Counted from the stretch's first letter, positions 1-9,796 are shown. The stretch is DNA of 64,000 bases from Candidatus Thorarchaeota archaeon (GCA_003345545.1 PRDH01000039.1:1-64000), one strand, 5' to 3'. Made by a program: numbers and translations. The notes: generated from the letters alone by a model not told the origin.

Positions 1-177
1 GAAGGATACTATGTAAGAAATCCTGTAAGAACGAATGTGCGCAGCCTGGGGGTCCAGGATGTTGTTCTAGTCACAGAGAATGCTGTTGCCTTAATCGCCA
101 AGGAGTATATTCAGACACGCGGAGAATCTGCAGGACTTCGATTGCTCATGCAACAACTGAAAGTAGAAAACCATTAG
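1..177 (+). CDS. Partial CDS (3' end), probable paralog of the downstream membrane proteins
   Basis: Frame 1 is open from the window edge to TAG at 175-177 (EGYYVRNP...KEYIQTRGESAGLRLLMQQLKVENH). It resembles QVYIESRGGEDILDDVLQEV near the C-terminus of 220..1221. Confidence 0.6.
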   Translation, partial: EGYYVRNPVRTNVRSLGVQDVVLVTENAVALIAKEYIQTRGESAGLRLLMQQLKVENH

Positions 178-219
178 TGCATGGTTGGCTTCGTCTAGAC
201 CTGTCCAGAGAGGAACAAC

Positions 220-1221
220 ATGGATTCAGCACCGGTCACTACCAGGTCCACAGGCTTCTACCAAGTGCTGCTCTTCATAGTTCTACAGATTTCGGCTATC
301 ATGATTTATGATGTAGCTCAATACCAAATGGTGACACTGTACGAAACCCCTCTTGAATGGATTGGCTGGGCCTCTCTCTTCTTTCTGATACTAATACCAG
401 CAACGGGCCTCATCTCATGGAAGCTGAAAGGCCGGGTTCAATTAGGTACAATTCGCTGGGAATACCGAACTAGAGAGGTTGGATTGAGTGAATTTACCCA
501 AATGGTCAAAGACTACAACAAGAGCTATCGGTACATGATCGCGGCTCTCGATTACAGAATACTACCGCTGTTGCCAGTGTTGTACTTCGGCGCTCTCTTT
601 CTCCCGTTTCTGCTCATGAGAACGAGTCTGCTGGTAATACTGATGACTCCTGTTATCATTGCACTCTTGCTTGTGATGTTCGGTTCATTCTATGCCTACC
701 TGGTCTTCAAGTTAGTGTCGAATTCGGCTACTCATGAGTTCCCTACGCATAAGCCTCGGGTGCTCCAATCGTCTGTTAAGTTCCTGTCGCATGTGCCAGG
801 CGTCTACTGGTCTGGGGTGAGGGTCACCATTGGAGAATCAGGCGGATTCTATACCCTAAGAGATCCTTGCTCTGTGGCACGAATCGAGGGCATTGAGGGA
901 GCTGCAAGAATCGAATGTGTAGTCGACAACACTGGCAATATATCAAGCATGGCATCTCTTCTCGAGTCTGAGAAACCTGATTCTCCTCTGATTGTCGGAA
1001 AAGTAGATGCTCCTCTAACGACCATGAATGCTGCGCAATTGATCAGAAAGACGCTCCAAGTCTATATTGAATCAAGGGGAGGCGAGGACATACTCGACGA
1101 CGTGCTACAGGAAGTTGATGCGTTTCTTGAAGGAGTGACCTTGCCGGAGGCTCAGGGGATTTCAAACGATGGTCTTATTTCCTCTGGTGACAAAGGTCCC
1201 CCAGCGGAGGAGAGAACATGA
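220..1221 (+). CDS. Hypothetical membrane protein (about 4 TM plus soluble C-terminal domain)
   Basis: 333-aa ORF with GAGG upstream and two hydrophobic hairpins; overlaps the next gene by ATGA. Confidence 0.8.
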   Translation: MDSAPVTTRSTGFYQVLLFIVLQISAIMIYDVAQYQMVTLYETPLEWIGWASLFFLILIPATGLISWKLKGRVQLGTIRWEYRTREVGLSEFTQMVKDYNKSYRYMIAALDYRILPLLPVLYFGALFLPFLLMRTSLLVILMTPVIIALLLVMFGSFYAYLVFKLVSNSATHEFPTHKPRVLQSSVKFLSHVPGVYWSGVRVTIGESGGFYTLRDPCSVARIEGIEGAARIECVVDNTGNISSMASLLESEKPDSPLIVGKVDAPLTTMNAAQLIRKTLQVYIESRGGEDILDDVLQEVDAFLEGVTLPEAQGISNDGLISSGDKGPPAEERT

Positions 1222-2192
1222 GCGAAGGAAAGATCATTGACTATAGTCGCCAGGGGAAAGTCAACAAGGCTTTTGCACTGGCAGTTGTGCTCTTTGCTAT
1301 CGGTGGCATCCTAATCTACAATTTCTACATTGGAGAATTAATGCTGCTCATTGTTGACATTGCGCTCCCAATCCTACTTCTCCTGACATCGCTAGGCCTT
1401 GGTTATGGCTCAAAGAAGGCTATTGACTACATCCCCGGCGACTGGGAAAAACGCAAGACTTGGGTGAGCTTCTCCGAATATGATGTAATGTCTGATGAGT
1501 ATGAAGATGCCTATGGCGATCTCTATGCTCATCCCAATGATACCATCTCTTGCTGCTGCATACTTCCCGTTACGGTGGCGGTTGGTGGGGTAATCTTCCT
1601 CTTTCAGAGTTTCGGATCAGAATTGATCAACCCGTTCGTGGATTCAGTGCTACTCGTCGCAATCTTGTACAGTATTGTATCTGTTGCTGGCTTTGTGGTC
1701 GGCTTTCGAATTCCCCAGATTGATGCAGAGGATTTCTTCAAGGCTCCAATAAAAGGGGATACCTACAAGTTCGCCAGCGAACTCGAGGGAGTTCCGGGAA
1801 TTCGTGCTGGAATGAGTGTAGAGATGGGAGTCCGGGCAGGAGTGCAGACTATCCTTGGTGCCGAAGTGAAGTCGCATGTTCAGGGACTTCCCGATACAGT
1901 ACAAGTGAAAGTCCAAGTTTCTCACTCCGGATTCGCTTATCCCTACCTTGTGGGGACAATCTACAAGGGATATCCCGTCGCAGCAACGACGGAGAATCAC
2001 CGGATTCGTACAAAGTATCCAGCTCTTCTCGAATACTCAATGGATGATGATGTCGTGGTGATTGTTGCTCGTTTTGATGTCCCTGAGAAGTCGAGTGATG
2101 TGCCGAACATCTCAACAAGCGATTTCAGAAAACTGGCAGCACTCTTGGCAGTCAAACTCAAAGAGAATTACGACGCCTCAAATGCTCAATGA
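1218..2192 (+). CDS. Hypothetical membrane protein, paralog of 220..1221
   Basis: Same 2TM-loop-2TM-soluble layout; shared segments SEY..M..EY vs SEF..M..DY and VPGI vs VPGV. Confidence 0.8.
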   Translation: MSEGKIIDYSRQGKVNKAFALAVVLFAIGGILIYNFYIGELMLLIVDIALPILLLLTSLGLGYGSKKAIDYIPGDWEKRKTWVSFSEYDVMSDEYEDAYGDLYAHPNDTISCCCILPVTVAVGGVIFLFQSFGSELINPFVDSVLLVAILYSIVSVAGFVVGFRIPQIDAEDFFKAPIKGDTYKFASELEGVPGIRAGMSVEMGVRAGVQTILGAEVKSHVQGLPDTVQVKVQVSHSGFAYPYLVGTIYKGYPVAATTENHRIRTKYPALLEYSMDDDVVVIVARFDVPEKSSDVPNISTSDFRKLAALLAVKLKENYDASNAQ

Positions 2193-2257
2193 TATGACAG
2201 ACATCTTTAATTGGCACCAGTTTTGGGAAAGAAACAGTTGAATGTGGGTGTATCAAG

Positions 2258-2548
2258 TTGACTGGCGCAAACTGGCTTAACAAATGGATCATGATGCTCC
2301 TAGCAGGCATAGTGATACAGGCGATAGTCTACCCATTGGTTTGGTTCTTCGAACATTTCTCGCATCCTTTTTTCAATGAGGTCTTTCTCATAGGAGTCGG
2401 TTCTGTTGCCATACAACTGATAGGATTCTTTGTCATCATGGGAAAGACTCGTGAAGAAAACGCAGCAATCTACTGTCAAGGTCGGCCGTTTCAGCACAAG
2501 CTTCGGGAAGAAGATGAGGATCTCGCGACCCGCAAGCCCACTTTCTGA
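2258..2548 (+). CDS. Small 2-TM membrane protein
   Basis: 96 aa, TTG start, two hydrophobic segments and a charged tail. Confidence 0.6.
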   Translation: MTGANWLNKWIMMLLAGIVIQAIVYPLVWFFEHFSHPFFNEVFLIGVGSVAIQLIGFFVIMGKTREENAAIYCQGRPFQHKLREEDEDLATRKPTF

Positions 2549-2624
2549 AATGAAGAGCTTGTTGCAACTCCGCTTCACGGAGCATTAAAGACATTCGAAA
2601 GAGAGTCTTGTTTTCAATCGCTTT

Positions 2625-3548
2625 CTATTTGCGGTACGCTAAGTAGGATGCAATAACGACGCCAATGCCAATAATGCCCATAATGATGAGCACAGCCGTC
2701 GAATCCAAGGCGAGAGCTGGCCAGAGGCTCACGGGCGTGTGACCCGGGATTATTCCTGGATACCACACGTTCAGTAAAGGCAACATCGGACCAATGAAAA
2801 CTGTGGACAGCACAAGAAGTGAAAATGTCAGGGTATGAACTGCTGTGACGTATGTGTAGTAAGGACGGATGTAGCTGTAGAACGAAAAGGCTGGGATTGA
2901 TAGAGCGGCCATCGCCATGATCTCGACAGGGTCAAAGAACAAAGGCATGGTGATTGGCCATAGAAAGTAGAAGAGAGTGGTTATCTTTGCACTCGATGTT
3001 TCGTGATGTGCGACCTTGTGTATCCCATCAACGCCCTGTGCGAGGAAGAATACGGGGAAGAGGAGCCACCACTGGAGGCCGACAAAGAACATTGGACCGG
3101 CATAGAAGAGAAGGTCTCCAACGCTCTCAACACGCTCCCAGAAGGGATTCCTTGAGAAGAACTCTGTAGCCTCGGTCATGAAGTATCCGAGCATCTGCAT
3201 GGCGACGAGGACTGGCAACAAGAAGAATGAGATGATGATCATGATAGTGGCAGCCTTGGGAAGTTTGGGGATTTTTCCCTCGTGATAGTTGTCTAGGGGA
3301 TAAATGCCATGGAGCATGATTGCCACAACCAAGAGTAGTAGCCCGCTCGGCACAAAGACCAATGGTTGAAATAGATACATCCAGATCCCAAAGATCTCAT
3401 AGACATTTCCAGCGTAGAAAGTGACTCCCAGCGTTGGCATGAAATACCATACGCCAAAGACAACGAGTAGCTCTGGAATGAGCATCTTCAATCTGTAGTC
3501 CTGAACGAACTTCATCACCAAACCAGGTTCTTTTTTCGTTTCGTTCAT
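2625..3548 (-). CDS. Multi-pass membrane protein of unknown function
   Basis: 307 aa, about 8 hydrophobic segments. Confidence 0.75.
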   Translation of the reverse strand: MNETKKEPGLVMKFVQDYRLKMLIPELLVVFGVWYFMPTLGVTFYAGNVYEIFGIWMYLFQPLVFVPSGLLLLVVAIMLHGIYPLDNYHEGKIPKLPKAATIMIIISFFLLPVLVAMQMLGYFMTEATEFFSRNPFWERVESVGDLLFYAGPMFFVGLQWWLLFPVFFLAQGVDGIHKVAHHETSSAKITTLFYFLWPITMPLFFDPVEIMAMAALSIPAFSFYSYIRPYYTYVTAVHTLTFSLLVLSTVFIGPMLPLLNVWYPGIIPGHTPVSLWPALALDSTAVLIIMGIIGIGVVIASYLAYRK

Positions 3549-3556
3549 GCTATCAC

Positions 3557-3584
3557 AGTCTAGGTCGAGTGTCGAGCCTAGACT
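3557..3584. promoter_or_regulatory. Inverted repeat between the TATA-like box and the start of 2625..3548
   Basis: AGTCTAGG-TCGA-GTG-TCGA-G-CCTAGACT; CTTAAG at 3591-3596. Confidence 0.35.
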
Positions 3585-3618
3585 CTTTCTCTTAAGCGTA
3601 TCTCCACCACATCGGCAA

Positions 3619-4653
3619 TTAACGAGTTAGTCTCTCAAGAATGTCTGTGAATTCTGACCTGAAGTAAGCGCTCTGCTCATGTATTTCCCGCGTCAAGGAA
3701 ACGCTTGCTCCTGACAGACCGCATTGCGTTGAGAGCATTGTGTTTCTCTCCACGAGGTCGATATCGATTCCGGTTTTGACCATCTTGTCTAGGGTTGTGG
3801 CAAGGTTGACTCTGAGCGTTTCTAGTACCGAGCGCGTATAGCCCTCATCGACATTTGGAAGCAGTCCCAAGGCGAGTCCGCCCCCTCTTTTCATAAAGCC
3901 ATTCATTCTCTCTGTCTGTTCCTCGTCTATGTCTGGGGGATATCTTAGCACGTCAATGTGTGCCAACTTTGGCAAGCTGTCCCACAAGAGAAACCAATCA
4001 TCCTTTCTCAGCTCACGCCAGTCACCACAATAATGGAAAGCAGGCACTACTCCCGAGGGGTAAATAGCATCAGTCTTCTCAATAATCTGATCAAGAAACA
4101 CACCACTTGCCCGATCCGTTTCTATCATGTCTCTGACGAATCCGAGGCTCGGATCATCTTGGCACAGAATAATCGTTTCGCAGTGCTCTTTGAGGTGCCT
4201 CAATTGACCGAGTGCGATTCTCGACATCAGGTGTACAAAAAAGTGAAACATGCTTCTGTTAAACAACTGTTTCCCATCTGAACCCCTGATACTGAAGCAC
4301 ATAGTCGCAGGTGCCGTCTGTTGTGTCTTGAAATATGGATACTGCGTCCCATCCATCATCGAGTATAGGCTTGGCATATATGCACCACTTGGCAGGAGAG
4401 GCTCATCCTCACTCGTGATATCCCTGTAGGTGTCGATGTCAATATCAAGAACGAATTCTCCCTCCTCTTCATACCCCTCTACAATAGCTCCGAACTGCCG
4501 AATCATGTCTTCCTCGCGAAACGCAGGCAGTTGAAAAGAGTAGGGAAGAGCTAGCTTCTTCATGTATTGCATTGGTGAATCATGGTCTACCTCACCTAGG
4601 CTGCCAACACCGAAGAAGTGACCTGCAAGTGCTTCAGGCAAGATGCCGGTCAC
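3619..4653 (-). CDS. Core MetE-like (folate-independent, MesB-like) methionine synthase
   Basis: GVGSL, FQLP...EDMIRQF, QDDP, HYC Zn motif and C-terminal TQCGL. Likely GTG start at 4653, 2 nt after the upstream stop (the ORF track start 4731 overlaps the upstream gene). Confidence 0.65.
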   Translation of the reverse strand: MTGILPEALAGHFFGVGSLGEVDHDSPMQYMKKLALPYSFQLPAFREEDMIRQFGAIVEGYEEEGEFVLDIDIDTYRDITSEDEPLLPSGAYMPSLYSMMDGTQYPYFKTQQTAPATMCFSIRGSDGKQLFNRSMFHFFVHLMSRIALGQLRHLKEHCETIILCQDDPSLGFVRDMIETDRASGVFLDQIIEKTDAIYPSGVVPAFHYCGDWRELRKDDWFLLWDSLPKLAHIDVLRYPPDIDEEQTERMNGFMKRGGGLALGLLPNVDEGYTRSVLETLRVNLATTLDKMVKTGIDIDLVERNTMLSTQCGLSGASVSLTREIHEQSAYFRSEFTDILERLTR

Positions 4654-4655
4654 CG

Positions 4656-6380
4656 CTATGCACCTCTGGTTTCCCGGGCCTTTCGATGAATGACTTTGTT
4701 GCAGGATTGGGTAGCTGGGCAGCCCTCGCATTGATTAGGAACGTCTTCATTTGCTTGTTCTCCTCCCCCAAACAGCAGAACCTGCTCTGCTATCTCAGTC
4801 CCTGGGGATGCTACGGGCTCTTTCGCTGGTGCTTCCCTCTTGACCATACACTTCTGCTTTCGAAGGTACTCACTAAATAGACTCATGTCCCCAGTGACGA
4901 CCACCCCTGTCGGTCCGACTCTTCGGACGACATAGGTGTTGAATTCTGGCAACAGCATCAGCTTCTCGAGGTCTCTCGCACTGTGAGTCTCAAATAACTG
5001 TACTTCACTGATGCTCGTGAAAGTTGTCTGAGAAGTCCAGTCGATGATTGACCTCTTGACATTTTTCGGGAGTGGCTTGCTGCTCTCCTTCTCGAGGAAG
5101 CCTATTAGATCCTCCTCTCGAGCACCTACTTCAATTGCTTCGAAGATTGATTTGTCAGTGATTCTGAAGGTGCTCACCACATCAGTTCGGACCGGTTCTG
5201 TTAGAAGCATAAGACGATAGAGTTTCTGATACTCCATCTCGCTCGTGAATACTGTAATCTCAAAATTCGGTTGTACAAAGAAAGTCTCTCGATCTTTGGG
5301 CTCTGCGGGCACAGAGTAATTCTTGAGGACTCGGAGCCCTACATCAGTGAGTCTGACCCCTATGATCTTCTTGCCCTTGTATGCTGCTTCAACCAGACCG
5401 AGAAGCAATAGTGTTTCCAGGGCTATCTGTACTCTATCATTGTCCACTTGAATCCATTTCAGTGGCTGGTTCTCTATGAACAATTCGCTTCTAATCCAAT
5501 CACGCAGTTCTTCGATAGTGACCCAGTCCTCTCTTGTACTCTCTCTGAGTCGACATATCGCGAGATTCAGTGTGTATTCCGTTGGCTGATCGGGTGTCGC
5601 CCAGATGGCTCTTGTTCTACCTAGGATTGACTGGAGAAGTCGCCGCGCAACATGATGCTGCTCTCCATTGAATAAGAGGTCGATTCTCGAGGCCACCACC
5701 TTGTCTTCCTCAACAATCGAATAGGCACCGACCTTACGAGCCAGTTTCTGAACCAAGTCGAACCTCTCATCTGTCTGTTTAGTCATCCACTCTTTGACTC
5801 GGTCCATATCCCTCTTCGGAAACTCCCATGCAGAGGTCATGTGCACCTCGTTCTTGGCAATGTATGCGATAAGAAGGAGCATATCAACGATTAAGGCATC
5901 CCTCTCGTCCACGATGTTCTTGACCTTGATGGTCTTCTCAGGCTGTGGAATCGGCTTGTCCTCAAAATACTCTTTCAGGTGCGGGATGAAGAAGTCAAGA
6001 ACCTTGAACTCTGCCACTTCTCTACCATACTCTGTCAGTCTGCTCATCATGCGTCTGACAATCACAGCCTTCTTGCGAAGGTCTCTCTCAGTCTGGTTGA
6101 GTTGACCGTAGCTGTAAATCTTTCTGAAGGGCTTAAGTCTATCATAGCTCATTGCCCCCCCGCTAAGTGTCAGTATACCTAGGAGGTCCTTCTCCAGATC
6201 TGTGAATGTAGCAAAGACGCGCTCTCTCTGATTGCGATCTTTCATCCTTGCAGCGAGCATCTCAATCAGAGAAGAGCCTGTGTCCTTGCCGGTGACATCA
6301 ATTCCCCACAATTGACATGCTGAGAGCAAGTCTTCTCTGAAGACATGCTCCAACTCTTTCTCTAGCGATTCTCTTGGCAT
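4656..6380 (-). CDS. XPB-associated protein with Helicase_C_3 (clutch-type) domain, TFIIH p52/Tfb2-like
   Basis: FFVQPNFEI...FRITDKSIFEAIEVG...FLEKES..PLPKNVKRSIIDW motif; C-terminal CEGCPATQSC. Confidence 0.75.
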   Translation of the reverse strand: MPRESLEKELEHVFREDLLSACQLWGIDVTGKDTGSSLIEMLAARMKDRNQRERVFATFTDLEKDLLGILTLSGGAMSYDRLKPFRKIYSYGQLNQTERDLRKKAVIVRRMMSRLTEYGREVAEFKVLDFFIPHLKEYFEDKPIPQPEKTIKVKNIVDERDALIVDMLLLIAYIAKNEVHMTSAWEFPKRDMDRVKEWMTKQTDERFDLVQKLARKVGAYSIVEEDKVVASRIDLLFNGEQHHVARRLLQSILGRTRAIWATPDQPTEYTLNLAICRLRESTREDWVTIEELRDWIRSELFIENQPLKWIQVDNDRVQIALETLLLLGLVEAAYKGKKIIGVRLTDVGLRVLKNYSVPAEPKDRETFFVQPNFEITVFTSEMEYQKLYRLMLLTEPVRTDVVSTFRITDKSIFEAIEVGAREEDLIGFLEKESSKPLPKNVKRSIIDWTSQTTFTSISEVQLFETHSARDLEKLMLLPEFNTYVVRRVGPTGVVVTGDMSLFSEYLRKQKCMVKREAPAKEPVASPGTEIAEQVLLFGGGEQANEDVPNQCEGCPATQSCNKVIHRKARETRGA

Positions 6381-6561
6381 TCTAACAACCCGAACTAATA
6401 GTGTCCATTATGAGGCAAGCTCCGGGTTTCTTATCATTTAAGGAGCTTTTGGTTCTGATAGTCTTCCGTCTCACGAGGGTGGTTTCATACAAGTATGAAA
6501 CTCATCTTTTTGAAGAAACAAGCTTATCTTGTCCCGTTGAAACGCTCTACTGGGTGTCAAC

Positions 6562-7674
6562 TTGGAACCGCTCCTGTGGTGCATCAAATATCGACCTAAA
6601 ACGTGGGACGAGTTTGTGGGACAGACTTCGACCATCAATCACCTCAAGAACCTATCTAGATCCGGGACATTGCCCAACATGATATTCTATGGTCCGCCTG
6701 GAACAGGTAAGACTTCTGCGGCTGAAGTGTTTTCAAGGGCGATTCTGGGTTCCAGCTATGACGCTAATTTCAAGTCTCTGAACATTCGAGACGTCTGGGA
6801 CACCTCAATAACAGATGCAAAGAGGACAGTGCAGGACATCGCGAAACTCGATCGTGACAAACGTTCTGAACTCGACGAATACATGTCCATTGTCTACAGA
6901 GAGGCTCAATCTGCTTTGAAGCTGAAGGGGGACACAAGTCCGCCAAACCGCAGTCAGCTTCTCCAAGAGGCCATAAGACTCTTTGCTTCTACAATTACAG
7001 TCGCCGATGAGAAAGTCAAGATTCTCGTTCTAGACGAGGCTGATGCTTTGAGTAGTAGCATGCAACAAGCGCTTCGCCGCACGATGGAGCTCTACAGCGA
7101 CGCGTGTCGTTTCATTCTTCTGACTCCGACACTTTCAGGTTGGAGCCCGGCCGTAATCTCGCGATGCTCAGTTCTTCCTTTTTCAGTTCCTGATACTGAC
7201 ATCATTGCAGACTACATCCGCACCATAGCGAAGAAGGAGGGCGTCAACATTGACTTGGATGCGGCGTCAGCAATCGCTCGGGAATGTTCGGGCGACCTGC
7301 GACGTGCACTCAACATATTACAGATTGCTGCGGCAGCCAGTGACACCATAACCGAGGACACAGTATATGCACATTCTCAGACACATCTCAGTTCCAGCGT
7401 ACGCGAAGTAATCACCTTGACCATTGAAGGTTCCTTCGAGCCCGCGCGCAAGAAAATGAGAAATCTACTTGCTCTTGACGGCTACTCACCTCAGGAGGTG
7501 CTTCTTGAGATTCAACGCGATCTCGTGAGACGTCCCTTTGATCCGAAGATGCTCAGCAAGGTTCTGGCCAGGGTAGCTGAAATCGACTACCGCGTGACAC
7601 AAGGCAAGAACTCATTCATCCACCTGGAAGCCCTCCTTGCATCTCTGAGGGCATATGCGGCCGAAACTGTCTAG
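6562..7674 (+). CDS. rfc: Replication factor C small subunit (divergent, with insertion)
   Basis: WCIKYRP box, Walker A GPPGTGKT, LDEAD Walker B, QQALRRTME, SRC finger, GDLRRALN. Confidence 0.9.
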   Translation: MEPLLWCIKYRPKTWDEFVGQTSTINHLKNLSRSGTLPNMIFYGPPGTGKTSAAEVFSRAILGSSYDANFKSLNIRDVWDTSITDAKRTVQDIAKLDRDKRSELDEYMSIVYREAQSALKLKGDTSPPNRSQLLQEAIRLFASTITVADEKVKILVLDEADALSSSMQQALRRTMELYSDACRFILLTPTLSGWSPAVISRCSVLPFSVPDTDIIADYIRTIAKKEGVNIDLDAASAIARECSGDLRRALNILQIAAAASDTITEDTVYAHSQTHLSSSVREVITLTIEGSFEPARKKMRNLLALDGYSPQEVLLEIQRDLVRRPFDPKMLSKVLARVAEIDYRVTQGKNSFIHLEALLASLRAYAAETV

Positions 7675-8021
7675 TGGATCGGTTCGATGTCTTCGTTGAA
7701 CTGAACCTTGTCTAGCACCGCACACAACAGATTGAGAGGAAGCGACTGTTTATCGTATAAGAACTGTGCAAGAATGTTGTCATCTTTGAGAGTGACCATC
7801 CCATTCTTGACAGCTGCAGCGAGCATCTTCCTCACATCTGTGGGAGCTCCATACCTGCATTTGAATGACAGGAAGTCAACAGCCTCGACAACTGATATGG
7901 GGCTGCCTCTCATTCTGAAAAGGTATGCCAAGACCAAGAGCATGTCTCTCCCGTTCATGCATTTGGCAGGCGTGAACGCCCTTTTAGTAGTTATCGTGAA
8001 ACCTGGGACTGAGATGGTCAT
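7671..8021 (-). CDS. DUF2240-like archaeal protein
   Basis: LAYLFRMRG...FLSFKCRYGAPTDVRKMLAAAVKNGMV pattern; start uncertain. Confidence 0.55.
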   Translation of the reverse strand: MTISVPGFTITTKRAFTPAKCMNGRDMLLVLAYLFRMRGSPISVVEAVDFLSFKCRYGAPTDVRKMLAAAVKNGMVTLKDDNILAQFLYDKQSLPLNLLCAVLDKVQFNEDIEPIH

Positions 8022-8089
8022 TCATCCTGCTGGACTAATATTATCTGCTATCCATATGCTGAACTATCTCTTCTAGTCCAGTGCCTGAG

Positions 8090-9796
8090 CTAAGTAAAGA
8101 AACTCTCAGGTGGCTTTTCCCATACATTCTCATCAGCGGAGGCGATAACGTATTGATAGCCCTGCTCAGTGAGGAACAACTGTCGCTTCGCTGCAAAATC
8201 CATGTCTCTTGTATCCTTCGTAACAAGTGAGTAGAACCTGGCAAAGCTGCCATCAGCCTTCGGTCGGAGGATTCTGCCCAAGCGTTGCGCTTCCTCCTGC
8301 CGCGATCCGAATGTTCCTGAAACTTGGATTGCGACATTTGCATCTGGCAAATCGATTGCGAAGTTGGCAACCTTTGATACAATCAGTATCTTTTCCACTC
8401 CCTTTCGAAAGTCAGCGTAGAGTCGCTCTCTTTCTTCATTACTGGTCTTACCCGTGATTAAGGGAGCTTCAACATCTTTGGCAATGATACCAAGCTGGTC
8501 AAGATACATGCCAATGACAAGGACATTGTCATTCGTGTGATGTGCGAGTATCTTCTGGATGATGTTCAGCTTCTCTGGATTCTCTGCAGCTATCCTGTAC
8601 TTCTTCCTGTCTTCTGCAATCGCGTATTGTCTTCTCATATTATCTGGAAGGTCCAATCTTATCTCGTAGCAAATAGCTGTGGCAATCCATCCTTGGTCCT
8701 CCAGCAGTTTCCACGGCATATCAAATCGTTTTGGTCCAATTAGACTAAAGACATCCTCTTCCTTACCATCCTCTCGCACCAGCGTTGCTGTCAGACCCAA
8801 CCTTCGTGTGGCCTGAATCGAGGCTGTCGCTCTGAACACGGGTGCAGGGAGTAGGTGTACTTCATCATAGATCAAGAGACCCCAATTCCTTGCCTCGAAG
8901 ATCTTGAAGTGTTCGAACTCCAAATCCCGTGATCTGCGCCAGGTCAGGATTTGATATGTTGCAACTGTGACAGGACGGACTTCCTTGATATCACCGGTGT
9001 ATTCGCCAATATCCTCAGGTCTGAGCGTCGTCTTATCCAGAAGCTCCTGAATCCACTGCCTTACGGCGACAACATTAGGACACAGGATCAGTGTCGATGT
9101 CTGCAGCCTCTGCATGGCGCCAATTCCCACCATGGTCTTCCCAGCACCACAAGGCAAGACGACCACACCAGAACCTCCTCGTTCGCCTCCTCCTGCATAG
9201 AATGTCGCCACCGAGTCTTCTTGATAGGTCCTGAGCCTCCAAGGCTTGCCACTAAGGGTGTTAGTGCGAAGTTCGAAGGTGAGTTGCTCGCCCTCAATGT
9301 AACCCGCAATGTCTTCTACGGGATGACCAATCTCAATCAGAGCCTGTTTGATGAATCCTCTCTGTGTTTCATCTACCTTGAATGTGACCTCATTCACCCT
9401 GTCCAGTATGTACCGCGTAATCTTCGTGTTTGCCCAGATCTCTTCTGCGAGATCCTGATTCTCACACAGTAGCAGAAGGTCAGGTCCCTCCTTGTAGAGT
9501 GAGAGCTGCCCATACCTTGACATGTAGTCAACAATCTCTCTGGAGATGTTTGCTGGAATTGGATACTTCGCGAACTCCTCCAAGGCTGCTATAACCTCAT
9601 CAGGTGTCATTCCCATGGCTGCAGCATTCCATAGACTCAGGGGAGATATCTTGTACGTGTGCACATATTCCGGGCTTTTGACTAGTTCAGCAAAACGTGC
9701 CAGAGAGTCCCTTGCATCCGCGTAGAGTGGATTGTCTACCTCCAGCAGGACTGATTTGTCTGACTGGACTATTAGCGGATTGCTTGTTTTTGCCAT
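8090..9796 (-). CDS. xpb: XPB/Rad25/ERCC3 SF2 DNA helicase, long form with N-terminal domain
   Basis: PLIVQSD...YKISPLSLWNA N-domain, LPCGAGKT, DEVH, GLTATLVRED, QRLGRILR. Confidence 0.95.
   Translation of the reverse strand: MAKTSNPLIVQSDKSVLLEVDNPLYADARDSLARFAELVKSPEYVHTYKISPLSLWNAAAMGMTPDEVIAALEEFAKYPIPANISREIVDYMSRYGQLSLYKEGPDLLLLCENQDLAEEIWANTKITRYILDRVNEVTFKVDETQRGFIKQALIEIGHPVEDIAGYIEGEQLTFELRTNTLSGKPWRLRTYQEDSVATFYAGGGERGGSGVVVLPCGAGKTMVGIGAMQRLQTSTLILCPNVVAVRQWIQELLDKTTLRPEDIGEYTGDIKEVRPVTVATYQILTWRRSRDLEFEHFKIFEARNWGLLIYDEVHLLPAPVFRATASIQATRRLGLTATLVREDGKEEDVFSLIGPKRFDMPWKLLEDQGWIATAICYEIRLDLPDNMRRQYAIAEDRKKYRIAAENPEKLNIIQKILAHHTNDNVLVIGMYLDQLGIIAKDVEAPLITGKTSNEERERLYADFRKGVEKILIVSKVANFAIDLPDANVAIQVSGTFGSRQEEAQRLGRILRPKADGSFARFYSLVTKDTRDMDFAAKRQLFLTEQGYQYVIASADENVWEKPPESFFT

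Noticed and set aside
6780-7000. Intein in RFC
   Set aside because: The insertion is short and lacks intein terminal residues (C/S start, HN end).
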